Source of the DNA: a virus
DNA length: 41,488 nt
Strand: one strand, 5' to 3'
UHGV virus genome: UHGV-0206448
Shown: positions 1 to 11,426 of the stretch, in pieces
Layout: every line of letters begins with the position of its first letter
Numbering within the stretch: position 1 is the stretch's first letter
The notes under the pieces: generated by a model
What the model was told of the DNA's origin: nothing
Database searches by the model: none
The model's input: the letters and a program-made list of their open reading frames with translations, nothing else
Made by a program: the position numbers and the translations under genes

Positions 1-384
1 ATGGATCCACAGCAAGAATTATTTACAAAATTACTTACAGAGATCAAAGCATTAGGATATGACGTACATGACGGCTTCTTACCGCCGGATGGTACGCCGT
101 ATCCTTTTGTTTATCTCGCAGACAGCCAATTGATCGATGATGCGAATAAGACCGCTGTGTTTGGCAGCGTCCATCAGACCATTCATGTCTGGCACAACAA
201 TCCAAGACAGAGAGGAACGGTATCAAAAATGCTGTTGGCGATCAAAACCACATGCAGAAAACTGGATCATACCGAAAATTTTGCATGGGATGTCCGGAAT
301 GTAAATCAGAGAATTCTTCCGGATACAACAACAAAGCACCCTCTTTTACACGGGTTGCTGGAAATAGAATTTAGTTTTAGTTAG
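1..384 (+). CDS. Phage tail completion / tail terminator-like protein (DUF3168-like). First gene after the head-tail connector set.
   Basis: 127-aa ORF beginning exactly at position 1. Position is between the HK97 gp10-like gene (window end) and the major tail protein. Sequence pattern resembles the small tail-completion family. Confidence 0.5.
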   Translation: MDPQQELFTKLLTEIKALGYDVHDGFLPPDGTPYPFVYLADSQLIDDANKTAVFGSVHQTIHVWHNNPRQRGTVSKMLLAIKTTCRKLDHTENFAWDVRNVNQRILPDTTTKHPLLHGLLEIEFSFS

Positions 385-398
385 AGAGGAGAAAAAGC

Positions 399-923
399 AT
401 GTTTAAGACAGGACTACAGTTATTTGCAGAGGCGGTATCTGGCAAGAAAATCGTCTATTTGTATCGACTTGCAGGAAAAGCCAAAGAAGAGGCTGCGAAA
501 AATCTTGCATTCACAACAGAAAATGGAAGAACAAAAAGCAAGGATGCGGATTCTACGGCAACGAAGGACGGAACAATTCGCACACCTGGGGCTGCGGAAA
601 CAGAAATCACAGCTACTGCTATCCTTGCGAAGAAAGATAAGTTAATCTCTGAGTTAGAGGACGCGATGGATTCGGATGAGTTGCTTGAAATCTGGGAAGC
701 AAACCTTGAGGATCCGGCAGAACCTGGTCCGAATAAGTTTAAGGGTACGTATTTCCAGGGATATCTCACGGAATTTGAGTTCACATCCTCGGCAGATGAA
801 AATGTAGAGGTGTCTCTTACTTTTGGTGTTAACGGCTCCGGAAAACGAGGGGATGTTACTGTAACTGCACAGCAGCAGGAAGTAGCAGCTTATGTGTTTA
901 AGGATACGACACAGGAATCGTAA
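399..923 (+). CDS. Major tail protein (phi13/TP901-1-like major tail family).
   Basis: 174 aa with RBS GAGAGGAGAA upstream. Family-like sequence 'FKGTYFQGYLTEFEFTSSADENVEVSLTFGVNG'. Position before the tail chaperones and tape measure. N-terminus carries an LQLFAE motif. Confidence 0.8.
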   Translation: MFKTGLQLFAEAVSGKKIVYLYRLAGKAKEEAAKNLAFTTENGRTKSKDADSTATKDGTIRTPGAAETEITATAILAKKDKLISELEDAMDSDELLEIWEANLEDPAEPGPNKFKGTYFQGYLTEFEFTSSADENVEVSLTFGVNGSGKRGDVTVTAQQQEVAAYVFKDTTQES

Positions 924-1038
924 ACCCCTCTGGTGATACTGCCTTGATTAGTAGAGGGAGAATTTGTAAGGCGAAAAACGGATGATTATGTACATAGGGG
1001 GCGGTAAAACCGCTCTCTTTTTAATGGAGGAATAAAAA

Positions 1039-1449
1039 ATGATGGAATTAACAATTAACGGACAGGTGTACCAGTTTAAATTCGGAATGGGATTTTTGAG
1101 AGAAATCAACAAGCAGACAAATATGCCTGTGGATGGATTGCCGGGAGTAAAAAAAGACGTAGGATTCCGGTATGCGCTTATGAACTTAATAAATGGTGAT
1201 CCGGACGCGTTGGTAAACATTCTTGATGTTGCGAATAAAGGGCAGAATCCGAGAGTGACAAGAGGCCTTTTGGATGAGTATATCGACGATGAGGACACAG
1301 ATATTGATGAACTTACAGAAACAGTAATGGGTTTCTTGAAGAGTGCCAATGCTACGAAAAAAGCTACGGACGAGATCGTGGACGCTGTGGAGAAAGAGAA
1401 ACAGAGAATGGAAGAGGAAGAAGCGAAGAAGAGAGAGCTGATGATGTAG
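1039..1449 (+). CDS. Tail assembly chaperone (gpG-like).
   Basis: 136 aa with an acidic C-terminus, between major tail protein and tape measure. An A6G run at 1357-1363 lies upstream of an open -1 frame. Confidence 0.6.
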   Translation: MMELTINGQVYQFKFGMGFLREINKQTNMPVDGLPGVKKDVGFRYALMNLINGDPDALVNILDVANKGQNPRVTRGLLDEYIDDEDTDIDELTETVMGFLKSANATKKATDEIVDAVEKEKQRMEEEEAKKRELMM

Positions 1450-1472
1450 ATTTTGAAGAATCCTACAGAGAT

Positions 1473-1787
1473 GTGGCGTTGAATTGTTTCCGATATCTTG
1501 GCTTTAAGAGCTTTGAAGAAGTGGATAGGTTGACAATTCCAGAATACACCCTGCTCATGGAGGCTGTGCAGCTAAGAGAAGTAGATAAGGACTATCGAAA
1601 TCATCTGCAAGCGTTCCTGAATTTTGCTGTGAAAGCAGAGAAAAAGGTCGGAAAGAATAAGACTAAACCAGTTTATCAGAGATTCAGAAAGTTTTTTGAT
1701 TACGAAAAAGAAGTAGATCGTGTGAGGAACCGAAAGCAAAAAAATGAAAGATTGGACATAATCGGCAGAATGATGAAAGGAGAGTGA
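1473..1787 (+). CDS. Tail assembly chaperone gpT-like extension. Probably expressed as a G-T fusion by -1 frameshift from 1039..1449.
   Basis: ORF is in the -1 frame relative to the gpG-like ORF. That frame is open from about 1290 through 1787. It lies immediately upstream of the tape measure gene. The listed start is a GTG. Confidence 0.5.
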   Translation: MALNCFRYLGFKSFEEVDRLTIPEYTLLMEAVQLREVDKDYRNHLQAFLNFAVKAEKKVGKNKTKPVYQRFRKFFDYEKEVDRVRNRKQKNERLDIIGRMMKGE

Positions 1788-1791
1788 TGGC

Positions 1792-4557
1792 ATGGCAGAA
1801 AGTTTTTCCGTAAAGGCAATATTATCTGCGCAGGATAGAGGATTTACGTCTGCTTTCAAATCTGCAATGGGTACCGTAAGCAATTTAAAAAGCACGCTCA
1901 CAAGTGGAATCGGATTTGGAATCATGGCCGGAATTGGACAAAAGGCATTTGGTGCTGTCACATCCAGTATTGGCGGTATGGTGTCGGAATTAAATTCTTC
2001 CAGTGCTGCATGGAAAACATTTAACGGAAACATGTCGATGGTTGGCAAAGGCGCTGACGAGATTGCATCTGTAAAAAAGGAATTGCAAGAGTTTGCAGAA
2101 GATACTATTTACAGCGCATCTGATATGGCGAGTACTTACGCTCAGCTGAGTGCAGTAGGTATTAAAAGCACGAACAAGCTTGTAAAGGGATTCGGAGGGC
2201 TTGCGGCGGCAGCTGAGAATCCAAAACAGGCAATGAAAACTTTAAGCCAGCAAGCTACACAGATGGCAGCGAAACCAACAGTTGCTTGGGCAGACTTTAA
2301 ACTTATGATCGAACAGACTCCGGCTGGTATATCGGCAGTCGCAAAAGAAATGGGCATGACTACCACGGATCTGGTGCAGAATGTGCAGGACGGAAAAATC
2401 GCGACAGAAGATTTCTTTGATGCTATCGCAAAAGTCGGCACAAATGACGCATTTACGAAGCTTGCTACAGAGTATAAGACTGTAGATCAGGCAATGGATG
2501 GTCTGACCGAAACAGTAAGCAATAAGCTGGCACCGTCATTTGATGTTCTATCCGGTCGAGCGATCAAGTCCCTAGATGGGATAATAAATAAAATAGGAGA
2601 TCTTGATGGGGATGCAATCGCAGGGAAATTAACTGGATTTTTCGATAAAGCAAGTGGGTACTGGAATGTTTTAAAAACAGAGGCCTCTGAGGTAAAAACA
2701 GCTTTCGGGGATGCGTTTTCAGCAATCGGCGAAGATCTCGGAAAGATCACCGGTGCGTTTGGATCCACGGAAAGCATTAGTTCTTTCGCCGGTGTAATGG
2801 ATTCCGCGAGCGGGGCTCTGCAAACATTTGCCGGATTTTTAGAGGATCATTCTGAAACTATCGCGAAAGTGATTCCTCAGATTCCTAAGCTTGTCGTTGC
2901 ATATAAAGGCTTTAAGATTGCAAAAAGTGTTGCCCCGTTTGTAGGCGCATTCACCAGTGCGATTGCAGGTCTTGCCGGCGCAGGGATTAGTGCGATTGCC
3001 GGAAAATTGTTTGGAATTTCCAAGGGACAGAGAGAAGTTGGAGTGTCGAGTAGGGAAAGCATGAAAAGCACTATGGAATCTGCCAAAGCATTTATGATGC
3101 TTGGTGCAGGAGTTGCTCTGATTAGCGGTGGTTTCTTTTTGCTTGCTCAAGGAGCGAAAGCTGTGGCGGAATCGGGACCATTGGCTGTTGCTGTTTTAGT
3201 TGGAATGGTAGCTGCAATCGCAGGACTTCTGATCGTGGCAAAAATGGTGGCTCCGACATTATCGGCAGGTGCAGCAGGATTTGTTGCATTCGGCGCAGCT
3301 GTTGTTTTGGCAGCGGCCGGAATCGCCGTATTAACTATGTCCGCAATTTCTCTGGCAAATGCCGGACCTCTTGCAATTGCAGTGATGTTTGGTCTGATCG
3401 TAGCAATTGGTGGATTGATGGTCGTAGCGGCAGCAGTCGCACCCGTTTTAACTGCAGGAGCTGTTGGACTGATTGCATTCGGTGTGGCTGCGGCACTTGT
3501 TGGAGCGGCAGTATTGCTTGCGAGCGCAGGCCTTGCGATCGTGGCAAGTGTACTTCCGATTGTCGCCGAGTATGGCTTACAGGCATCTGTAGCAATCGGA
3601 GCATTGGGCGTTGCAATGACGGTATTTGGAGCCGGTGTGATCGTGGCCGGTGCGGGCTGCGCTGTCCTTGCTGTTGGATTGCTTGCAGTAGGCGTTGCGG
3701 TGCTTGGAGTCACAGTTGGAGTAGTTGCATTCGGTGTCGCAATGGTAGCAGCGTGTGTTGGAGTGCTGGCGATGGCAGTCGCGTTACTGGCAGTAAATTC
3801 CAGCATGAAGTCCATTGCAAAAAACGCAAAAACAGCGCAGAAATCCATTACAAGTATGAAGGATTCTGTGAGTATTGTGAATGACGGGTTGGATGCTCTT
3901 GGAAACAAGGCTAAAAGTGCCGTGAAATCTATAGTGAGTGCATTTGACAACGGCGCGGGAAAAGCTAAGAGTTCCGGAAAGAAACTCGGAGACAGCGCGA
4001 AAGATGGGGTACAAAGCGGACTCCAGCCAACACAGGCAATCGCAATCAGCATGGTTTCTGCCGTGCTTGCATCTCTTGCGTCAGGGGCGGGCAGCGCCTA
4101 TAGCAGTGGTCTGAATATTGGAATTAGCTTTGCAAATGGATTAGCTGCAAGCCTTGGAAGAATACAGGCGATTGCGGCACAGATGACGGCCGCGGCAAAT
4201 TCTGCAGCAGCATCCCGGGCGAGCCTGCCAAAAACAAGAAGTGTTATAGCGGGTGAAATAGAAAATACTCCGATGATCTCAGCTTATGGAATGGTCGATG
4301 AAATAAATGACAGAATTGATATTCCGGTTATTTCCAGTGCTGACCCAGTCATGACGGCATATACAAGCAGAGTAGGTGCGAAGAAAGAATTATCTGATGA
4401 TTATACTTATAAGAGAAATGCGACATACACAATCGTTGTGCCGGTTGAATATAACGGCAGAGAAGCAGCACGCGTTACTGCAGAATTTACGCAGAAAGAG
4501 CTGGAAAGCCGAGAGAGCATGAAGATGAGACTGAAAGGAGAACGAAGTCATGTATGA
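1792..4557 (+). CDS. Tail tape measure protein with a roughly 230-aa Ala/Gly/Val-rich multi-TM core containing tandem ~45-aa repeats.
   Basis: 921 aa. Helical N- and C-terminal regions and a long hydrophobic repeat core ('SGPLAVAVLVGMVAAIAGL...' / 'AGPLAIAVMFGLIVAIGGL...'). Canonical position. Confidence 0.9.
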   Translation: MAESFSVKAILSAQDRGFTSAFKSAMGTVSNLKSTLTSGIGFGIMAGIGQKAFGAVTSSIGGMVSELNSSSAAWKTFNGNMSMVGKGADEIASVKKELQEFAEDTIYSASDMASTYAQLSAVGIKSTNKLVKGFGGLAAAAENPKQAMKTLSQQATQMAAKPTVAWADFKLMIEQTPAGISAVAKEMGMTTTDLVQNVQDGKIATEDFFDAIAKVGTNDAFTKLATEYKTVDQAMDGLTETVSNKLAPSFDVLSGRAIKSLDGIINKIGDLDGDAIAGKLTGFFDKASGYWNVLKTEASEVKTAFGDAFSAIGEDLGKITGAFGSTESISSFAGVMDSASGALQTFAGFLEDHSETIAKVIPQIPKLVVAYKGFKIAKSVAPFVGAFTSAIAGLAGAGISAIAGKLFGISKGQREVGVSSRESMKSTMESAKAFMMLGAGVALISGGFFLLAQGAKAVAESGPLAVAVLVGMVAAIAGLLIVAKMVAPTLSAGAAGFVAFGAAVVLAAAGIAVLTMSAISLANAGPLAIAVMFGLIVAIGGLMVVAAAVAPVLTAGAVGLIAFGVAAALVGAAVLLASAGLAIVASVLPIVAEYGLQASVAIGALGVAMTVFGAGVIVAGAGCAVLAVGLLAVGVAVLGVTVGVVAFGVAMVAACVGVLAMAVALLAVNSSMKSIAKNAKTAQKSITSMKDSVSIVNDGLDALGNKAKSAVKSIVSAFDNGAGKAKSSGKKLGDSAKDGVQSGLQPTQAIAISMVSAVLASLASGAGSAYSSGLNIGISFANGLAASLGRIQAIAAQMTAAANSAAASRASLPKTRSVIAGEIENTPMISAYGMVDEINDRIDIPVISSADPVMTAYTSRVGAKKELSDDYTYKRNATYTIVVPVEYNGREAARVTAEFTQKELESRESMKMRLKGERSHV

Positions 4558-6082
4558 TTTTGTAGACACGGGCGAGGTTGGGAGTGAAAACTCCCTGCCG
4601 AGTGAGGCTCTGCAGATTGATGGGGCATATATTGAAAATCTAATTGATGGATATCGGACTCTGTACGTGACCGGTCGTGAGCTTTTGGGATCGGAAATTT
4701 CGGAGAGAGAAATTGACCTTGTGGATGGGTCCGAGTATACGGGAAAGCGAGATACAACCAGAAGTATTACAGTTGGATACCAGTTGCTTTGCACATCCCC
4801 TAGAGAGTTTCAGGAAAAATTCAACAAACTCTCTGGAATCTTAAATAAGGAACAAGCAAAGCTGATTTTTGCAGATGAACCGGATAAATATTTTATCGGG
4901 ACGAAATCAAGTGTCGGAGATGTGGAGCCAGGCAGATTGAACGTAAAAAGCGAATTTACTTTTTATTGTTGTGATCCACGGAAATATTCTGCAGCGGAAA
5001 AATCGTTTACCGCTCATCAGGAAAGCGGATATCAGACGCTTACTATTGTAAACGGTGGTACAGAATCCGTTCCGGTAAGCTACGATATCACTCACAACCA
5101 TGAAAATGGATTTATCGGGATTGCCAGTAAATACGGTGCAATACAACTCGGCAAGACCGAAGAAGCAGACGGCGAAGACTATAAGGCGTCAGAGATACTG
5201 TCAGAGGGGTATAGCCTGTTTCAAGACGATCATGGTACCTCTTATCAGAATCCAGAAAACACCACACAGGGAGCGTTGGAAGTGCGGAATGTTGCTGGAT
5301 ACAATGTGATGGCGCTAAAAGGTGGACAAGCAACATCCGGATACTGGAATGGTGGAATGAAAACACTTACTATCCCGGTGGACAGTGAGGGCAGACGTGG
5401 AGCGAAGAACTTTTACTGTTACACGCAGCACTGGTTCGAGACAGGTTTGATGGGACAGACGGGAGCACAGACTATTGCGTTTCTTACAGGGGAAAATGAA
5501 GTGATCTGCTCTATGTCTATTAACAAGAGTGATACGGTTGGTAATACGGCGCATGTGGACTGGTTCGCGCCACAAAACAAGAAGATCAAGACACTGGATT
5601 TCCAGCCGACAGCTTATGAGGGAAACCCATTTAATTTAAAGATGGGTGGCGGGCATAATGATTTCTTAAAAGAGGGTGACCGGCTTCGGATTTTTTGGTA
5701 CGGTCAGTATTATTATTTTACTATCCCGGAGATTAAAGACATGGCGTGTGAGAAGATACAGGTCTGGATCGGGCAGTGGGGAAGTAGAGATCTTGGAAAT
5801 CAGCTGGTTACGCACAATTATTTAAAAAGTATCTGGTTCCGCAAGGATAACGTGGAAAAATACAGAGATGTGCCGAACCGGTATAAGTCCGGAGATGTGG
5901 TCTATATTGATGGAAATGATACAGCGGTTTATGTAAACGGGATGAAGCGGATGGAAGATGAAATCCGAGGAAGTAAGCATTTTCTGGTACCGCCGGGAGA
6001 GACGGAGATCCAGTTCTCCTACTCGGCATTTAGCAGTCCTCCACCAACGATTAAAGCCAAAATAAGGGAGGCGTATTTATAA
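4550..6082 (+). CDS. Distal tail protein (Dit), evolved/long form with a C-terminal extension.
   Basis: 510 aa immediately after the tape measure, with Dit-like N-terminal region. Start overlaps the tape measure stop. Confidence 0.75.
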   Translation: MYDFVDTGEVGSENSLPSEALQIDGAYIENLIDGYRTLYVTGRELLGSEISEREIDLVDGSEYTGKRDTTRSITVGYQLLCTSPREFQEKFNKLSGILNKEQAKLIFADEPDKYFIGTKSSVGDVEPGRLNVKSEFTFYCCDPRKYSAAEKSFTAHQESGYQTLTIVNGGTESVPVSYDITHNHENGFIGIASKYGAIQLGKTEEADGEDYKASEILSEGYSLFQDDHGTSYQNPENTTQGALEVRNVAGYNVMALKGGQATSGYWNGGMKTLTIPVDSEGRRGAKNFYCYTQHWFETGLMGQTGAQTIAFLTGENEVICSMSINKSDTVGNTAHVDWFAPQNKKIKTLDFQPTAYEGNPFNLKMGGGHNDFLKEGDRLRIFWYGQYYYFTIPEIKDMACEKIQVWIGQWGSRDLGNQLVTHNYLKSIWFRKDNVEKYRDVPNRYKSGDVVYIDGNDTAVYVNGMKRMEDEIRGSKHFLVPPGETEIQFSYSAFSSPPPTIKAKIREAYL

Positions 6083-9000
6083 TGAATGAAATCAGAATTG
6101 CCGTACTGAATCCACATGACAGGGTGCTTGCATTTTTGGATAACACCCATCGAAACTCTATGCATTATTGGAACGATGAGCTCCATGAATATCTGCAGGG
6201 GACAGCGAATACATACGCATTTACGGTAAGTTCCAAACACGAGGATGCGGCGTATATCGTGGAAGGGAATAAAGTAGCCTTTGTATATAACGGAAAAGAC
6301 TACTATCTGAATATCGTACATGTGGAAAAGGATGAATTTACAGTTACTGCGACAGCATGGTCTTTAAGCTTCGAATTGATCAACGAGAATGTTGGGGCAT
6401 ACAAATCTGAAAGCGCAATGAGCTTTGAGGAATATGTAACTGCCTTTGATCCGGAACGTACCGTGCGGATCGGGATCAATGAAGTGTCAGATAAGCGGAT
6501 TTCAAACGAATGGACAGGTGAGGCAACGGTACTGTCCCGTTTATTTTCCGTGGCGAATGTATTCGATGCGGAGATTGAGTTCCAGACTGTGTTAAATGAT
6601 GATTATTCACTGAAAGAAATTGTAATGAACGTGTATCGGGAACACTCAGACAATAACACGGGAGTTGGGGAGTTCCGGGGAGATATCAAACTGCGGTACG
6701 GGAAAAATGTTACCGGCATCCGGAAGGAATCCAGTATCGAAAACCTGTACACCGGTATCCGTCCAACAGGAAAGGATGGACTGACTATACAGGGAATTGA
6801 GAAAGAAGAGCTGGATGAGAACGGTGTAGTAGAGTTTTATACACAAGGTCCAGATATCCGGGCACCACAGGCAAGGGACAGATTTCCATCAAACCTGATA
6901 AACAAGGAAGACGGATACATCTTTATGCCAAAATCCTACGATACGGATAACAAAGACAAACTGTACAGTATGGCGCTGTCAGATCTTAAAACCGCATCTG
7001 AACCGGCTGTGACTTATGATGTGACGGGATACTTTGATACCGCTATCGGAGATACCGTGGAGATCGAAGATGAGGAGTACGTTCCTACCTTATACTTGAG
7101 TGCAAGAGTATCGGAGCAGGTTCGCAGTTTCACGAATCCGCAAGCAAACAAGACAGTCTTTACCAATTTTAAAGAGCTGCAGCCGGAAATCTCTGAAGAT
7201 TTGCTGCAGAAAGTAGAGGATCTGATTAACAAAACAAAAATTTACACCAGCAGTATTTCTACGGATAACGGAATTATCTTCAAGAATAACGAGGGAGTTA
7301 CGAATCTGACCGCAAATGTGATGGATAATGGAATCGACCGGACAGAGAGCTTTACCATTCGTTGGTTTAAGGGTGGAAATCATATTTATGACGGCCGGAC
7401 CATAAAAGTTCAAGCTTTGGATGTGGAGAGCAAGGCGGTCTACAAATTTGAAGCAAGGGATACAGAGGGAGTCCTAAGGGGATTTGAAGAAGTAACGGTT
7501 ACGGATGTATCCGATGGAAAAGACGGGGAACAGGGTCCGCAAGGTGAGAAAGGAGAGCAAGGCGAACAGGGGCCTCCGGGTCCACAAGGCGCTCCGGGAT
7601 TGGATGGTATACAGGGTCCAAAGGGGGATCAAGGAATCCCGGGAAAAGACGGAGTTGACGGAAAAACACAGTACACTCACATTGCTTATGCAAACAGTGC
7701 AGACGGGTCTAAAGATTTTTCTGTATCCGACAGCAATCGGGATTATGTCGGAATGTACGTTGATTTTACGCAAAATGACAGCACAGACCCGAAAAAATAC
7801 GTGTGGAGTAAGATCAAAGGTGCGGACGGAGCAAACGGAACACCCGGAAAGCCGGGAGCTGATGGAAAGACCCCATATCTACATATCGCCTATGCAAACA
7901 GCGCAGATGGAAAGACGGGATTTTCCACCACGGATGGTACAAATAAGCTCTATATCGGGCAGTATACAGATTATACACAGGCAGATAGTACAGATGCTGC
8001 GAAGTATACATGGACAAAGATCAAAGGCGAAAATGGAAAAGACGGAACAAACTCAAGAAGCTACATCCTGGAAGCGTCCGATACCGCTATTAAAAAAGGT
8101 GCAGACGGAGCTTTAACACCATCTAAAATAACATTCCGGTCGTTTTATCGAGATGGAGACAGTGCGACAAGGACACCATATAATGGTAGGTTTAAAATTG
8201 AAGAGTCAACCAACGGAACATCATACTCCGTGAAATACACCTCGTCTGCGAATGAAAGTGCAAAGGAGTATACACCGACTGCAACTGCGAAAATACTCCG
8301 TTGCACGCTTTACGGCGCAGGCGGGACTATAAATGCTTTGGATACACAGAGTGTTGTTGTGCTTACGGATGTGGATAATTTGGAAATCGGTGGAAGAAAT
8401 CTGTTACTTAAGAGTAAGAGAAAGGGGGTAAATGATTCATATAATAGACCCGCTGAGTACTTATGCGCCTCTTACGCTATCAGCGCAGCGCCATTGACTA
8501 TAGGAGAGACATATACTGTGCAAATCAATGCTACCACTACAGCCGAAAGAAATTTTATTGGTCTATGGATAGGTGGAGGAAGTTATTCACTATATATGTG
8601 GGGATCAAATGTAGTTACTGCAGGAACTAGAACTTATACTGGTACTTTTAAATTGAGCGATCACGCAGAAGGACAAAAAAATTTCGTCAATGTTTACTCT
8701 TCTACTACAGGTGGTGTTCAAGGATCAACTCCTATTTCAGGAACGTGTACAGTAAATTGGATCAAACTAGAAAAAGGTAACAAAGCTACCGACTGGTCTC
8801 CTGCTCCGGAAGATGTCGATGAGAAAATAGATGATATTCAAATTGGTGGTAGAAACATACTGAAAAATAGTAAAAACGGGATTGTTTGTACTGGCACAGA
8901 CCATTCATCAACAACTACTCCAGGTGCGACAATTACTACGAAAGCTACAGGTATAGGTAACGCTCATGGATGGATTGAAGGTTTTTATACAACCACGGTA

Positions 9001-11034
9001 ACGGAACTGTCGAAACGTGTAGGAACTGAATTTGCGTTCTCACTCGATGTTAAAATAACCGGTTCGTTTACCAATCTGCGTACGAAGGTTGATTTTAGGG
9101 ATACCAGTCATAATAGTAGTATTTTTAGTAACTTTATTGGCATTAATGGTTTAGAAGTAGGAAAATGGACAAGGGTTTCCGGTGTGGCTTCTGTTAAAGA
9201 GGTTGCAAACGTTACGGCAACTCGTTCGCTATTCTTATTTGATTGGAGTAATTCAACTGTCGGATCTACGATCGAATATCGAAATCTACAGCTAGAAGAA
9301 GGTAATAAATCAACAGCATGGACACCGGCTCCAGAGGACATAGAAACTTTAGTAGTAACATTGTCCAACGATTCCCAAACAGTAGCAACAGACACAAACG
9401 GAAACGGTGGAAACTTTGTAGATTGCTCTACAAAAGTGCAGGTTTACAACGGCACACAGGACGTTTCAAAAGTCGCTACTTACACCGTAACAAAATCTTC
9501 CGGAATTGCTGGTACATGGGATTTAAGTACACGTACTTACAAGGTATCCGCTCTATCTACGGATAACGGATGGGTTGACATTAAAGTAACATACAACGGA
9601 AATTCTATCACAAGACGGTTTACGGTTTCGAAATCGAAACAGGGCGCACAGGGAGCAACGGGACCTCAAGGTGATAATGGACCACAAGGGCCGGCGGGGA
9701 CATCGGGAAGAGGGATAAAAACCATTACAGAATATTATTTGATTTCTTCCGCAAAAACAGGAATTACAACAGCGTCAAGCGGTTGGAGTACATCAGTTCC
9801 GACGATGACAGCAACAAATAAATACTTGTGGAACTATGAAAAATTTACGTTTACAGATAATACCACAGCGACCACTACGCCAAAAATAATCGGGATATAC
9901 GGAGACAAAGGAACAACAGGAGCTACTGGTCCGCAAGGACCTCAAGGAAATGCAGGTGCAACAGGTCCCCAGGGGCCACAAGGAGCGACTGGAAACGGAA
10001 TAAAGTCTATCACGAATTATTATCTTGCAACGGCAAGCGGAAGTGGTGTGTCAGCGTCCACATCAGGATGGACTACAACTGTACAAGAAATAACAGTGTC
10101 AAAAAAATATCTGTGGAATTATGAAGTTGTTACCTATACAAATGGTAGCACGTATCAATCAGCACCATGTATCATCGGAGCATATGGTGATAAGGGAGCG
10201 ACCGGTGCTACAGGAGCAACAGGACCAAGTGGCATAATTGTATCTTCTACGGCTCCGTCAAATCCTAAAGTTGGCCAGTTATGGCAAACGGCATCCGGTC
10301 AGCCGATCAAGCGGTGGGATGGAAGTAGGTGGGTGATCCATTATATTTCTGTTGATAACTTAAACGCACAGACTTTAAGTGCGATAGCGGCAGATCTTGG
10401 AACTGTAACCGCTGGACTTATAAAGAGTCTGGACGGACACTTTTTTATCCAAGTAAATACCGGAGAGATCTACTCCGAGGATGAAAACGGGATAAACAGC
10501 TCTGCGATAAGCAAGGGCGTATTTGTAGCGAATGGGATGGACAGCGGCAGACACACAAGCTTGTCTATATTCCCAACGCAGATTGCGCAGTATTTTGACG
10601 GAGCCACCATTTCCAACCTTGTTATTTTTAAACGGGACGGTATATTTGTTAAAAGCTCCGGATCATACGAAATAAACATATCTAAAGCAACAAATTATGA
10701 CTCCGGAAAAATAAAAGGACCATTCGCCAGCACAAACTCATCCAACTATATACAGGCGGAGCTAAAAAGGAGAGGGTGCGTGGTTACATGTAAAATCACA
10801 GCGCTTATACAGTTCCCGAATACAGGATCGCACGGGCCGTTTGATGAATTAAGGATACCTATAGGATATCGACCAGTCGTAGACATAGTAGAGACGTACA
10901 GCGAATTGGTTGGTCCGTCAGTTATCGGGACTGGCAGATATTATATCTCAAAAGACGGAGGAATATCCATTGTAACTGGCAAGACAGACTACTGTGAGCG
11001 CATAAAGACATTTACATGGATTACGGAAGACTAA
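6082..11034 (+). CDS. Tail-associated lysin/fibre (Tal) receptor-binding protein. N-terminal prophage-tail endopeptidase-like domain, multiple collagen-like Gly-X-Y tracts and duplicated modules.
   Basis: 1650 aa. Gly-X-Y tracts include '[25 protein letters not shown]', '[19 protein letters not shown]' and '[25 protein letters not shown]'. Duplicated ~55-aa modules ('[10 protein letters not shown]...KIKG') and duplicated 'GIK(T/S)IT.YYL...KYLWNYE' modules. Start overlaps the Dit stop. Confidence 0.85.
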   Translation: MNEIRIAVLNPHDRVLAFLDNTHRNSMHYWNDELHEYLQGTANTYAFTVSSKHEDAAYIVEGNKVAFVYNGKDYYLNIVHVEKDEFTVTATAWSLSFELINENVGAYKSESAMSFEEYVTAFDPERTVRIGINEVSDKRISNEWTGEATVLSRLFSVANVFDAEIEFQTVLNDDYSLKEIVMNVYREHSDNNTGVGEFRGDIKLRYGKNVTGIRKESSIENLYTGIRPTGKDGLTIQGIEKEELDENGVVEFYTQGPDIRAPQARDRFPSNLINKEDGYIFMPKSYDTDNKDKLYSMALSDLKTASEPAVTYDVTGYFDTAIGDTVEIEDEEYVPTLYLSARVSEQVRSFTNPQANKTVFTNFKELQPEISEDLLQKVEDLINKTKIYTSSISTDNGIIFKNNEGVTNLTANVMDNGIDRTESFTIRWFKGGNHIYDGRTIKVQALDVESKAVYKFEARDTEGVLRGFEEVTVTDVSDGKDGEQGPQGEKGEQGEQGPPGPQGAPGLDGIQGPKGDQGIPGKDGVDGKTQYTHIAYANSADGSKDFSVSDSNRDYVGMYVDFTQNDSTDPKKYVWSKIKGADGANGTPGKPGADGKTPYLHIAYANSADGKTGFSTTDGTNKLYIGQYTDYTQADSTDAAKYTWTKIKGENGKDGTNSRSYILEASDTAIKKGADGALTPSKITFRSFYRDGDSATRTPYNGRFKIEESTNGTSYSVKYTSSANESAKEYTPTATAKILRCTLYGAGGTINALDTQSVVVLTDVDNLEIGGRNLLLKSKRKGVNDSYNRPAEYLCASYAISAAPLTIGETYTVQINATTTAERNFIGLWIGGGSYSLYMWGSNVVTAGTRTYTGTFKLSDHAEGQKNFVNVYSSTTGGVQGSTPISGTCTVNWIKLEKGNKATDWSPAPEDVDEKIDDIQIGGRNILKNSKNGIVCTGTDHSSTTTPGATITTKATGIGNAHGWIEGFYTTTVTELSKRVGTEFAFSLDVKITGSFTNLRTKVDFRDTSHNSSIFSNFIGINGLEVGKWTRVSGVASVKEVANVTATRSLFLFDWSNSTVGSTIEYRNLQLEEGNKSTAWTPAPEDIETLVVTLSNDSQTVATDTNGNGGNFVDCSTKVQVYNGTQDVSKVATYTVTKSSGIAGTWDLSTRTYKVSALSTDNGWVDIKVTYNGNSITRRFTVSKSKQGAQGATGPQGDNGPQGPAGTSGRGIKTITEYYLISSAKTGITTASSGWSTSVPTMTATNKYLWNYEKFTFTDNTTATTTPKIIGIYGDKGTTGATGPQGPQGNAGATGPQGPQGATGNGIKSITNYYLATASGSGVSASTSGWTTTVQEITVSKKYLWNYEVVTYTNGSTYQSAPCIIGAYGDKGATGATGATGPSGIIVSSTAPSNPKVGQLWQTASGQPIKRWDGSRWVIHYISVDNLNAQTLSAIAADLGTVTAGLIKSLDGHFFIQVNTGEIYSEDENGINSSAISKGVFVANGMDSGRHTSLSIFPTQIAQYFDGATISNLVIFKRDGIFVKSSGSYEINISKATNYDSGKIKGPFASTNSSNYIQAELKRRGCVVTCKITALIQFPNTGSHGPFDELRIPIGYRPVVDIVETYSELVGPSVIGTGRYYISKDGGISIVTGKTDYCERIKTFTWITED

Positions 11035-11058
11035 AGGAGCGGATATGGAGATTAGGGC

Positions 11059-11083
11059 AAGACCGTAATGGTCTTATTTTTAT
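11059..11083 (+). terminator. Rho-independent terminator after the tail fibre gene.
   Basis: AAGACC-GTAAT-GGTCTT hairpin followed by ATTTTTAT. Confidence 0.55.
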
Positions 11084-11107
11084 ACTTAAAAAAACCGGAG
11101 GAAAGAC

Positions 11108-11413
11108 ATGACAGAAATATTGACAGAAACCTATAAACTTGCGTTGCCGATAGTACTCACAGCATTTATGGGATACATTGTGTGGCTACTCAAAAATCAG
11201 AAGAAGGACAGGGACGCAAATAGTGCAGGGACAATGCTACTTTTGCGCGTCCAACTTATCGAGTACCACGAAAAATGGACAAAAAGAGGGTATGTTACGA
11301 AGCATGGAATTGAGAATTTTATCGAAATGTATGATGCATACCATAAACTCGGCGGGAATGGAATGGCAACGCAACTATTAGCAGAAGTAAAAGAACTGCC
11401 AATAAAAGGATAA
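11108..11413 (+). CDS. Small membrane protein with one N-terminal TM helix. Lysis-cassette associated (holin-like or holin accessory).
   Basis: 101 aa with RBS GGAGGAAAG. TM segment 'LALPIVLTAFMGYIVWLL'. Sits directly upstream of the holin. Confidence 0.5.
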   Translation: MTEILTETYKLALPIVLTAFMGYIVWLLKNQKKDRDANSAGTMLLLRVQLIEYHEKWTKRGYVTKHGIENFIEMYDAYHKLGGNGMATQLLAEVKELPIKG

Positions 11414-11426
11414 AGGAGAATGCAGC

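Noticed and set aside
3147-4052. 301-aa minus-strand ORF, Ala/Thr/Pro-rich, inside the tape measure gene
   Set aside because: It is the antisense reading of the GC-rich Ala/Gly/Val-coding hydrophobic core. Low complexity, no RBS, and it lies entirely within a confident gene.
7505-8116. 203-aa + strand ORF in an alternative frame inside the tail fibre gene
   Set aside because: It overlaps the collagen-like coding tract. Its basic low-complexity product is typical of a frame-shifted Gly-X-Y region.
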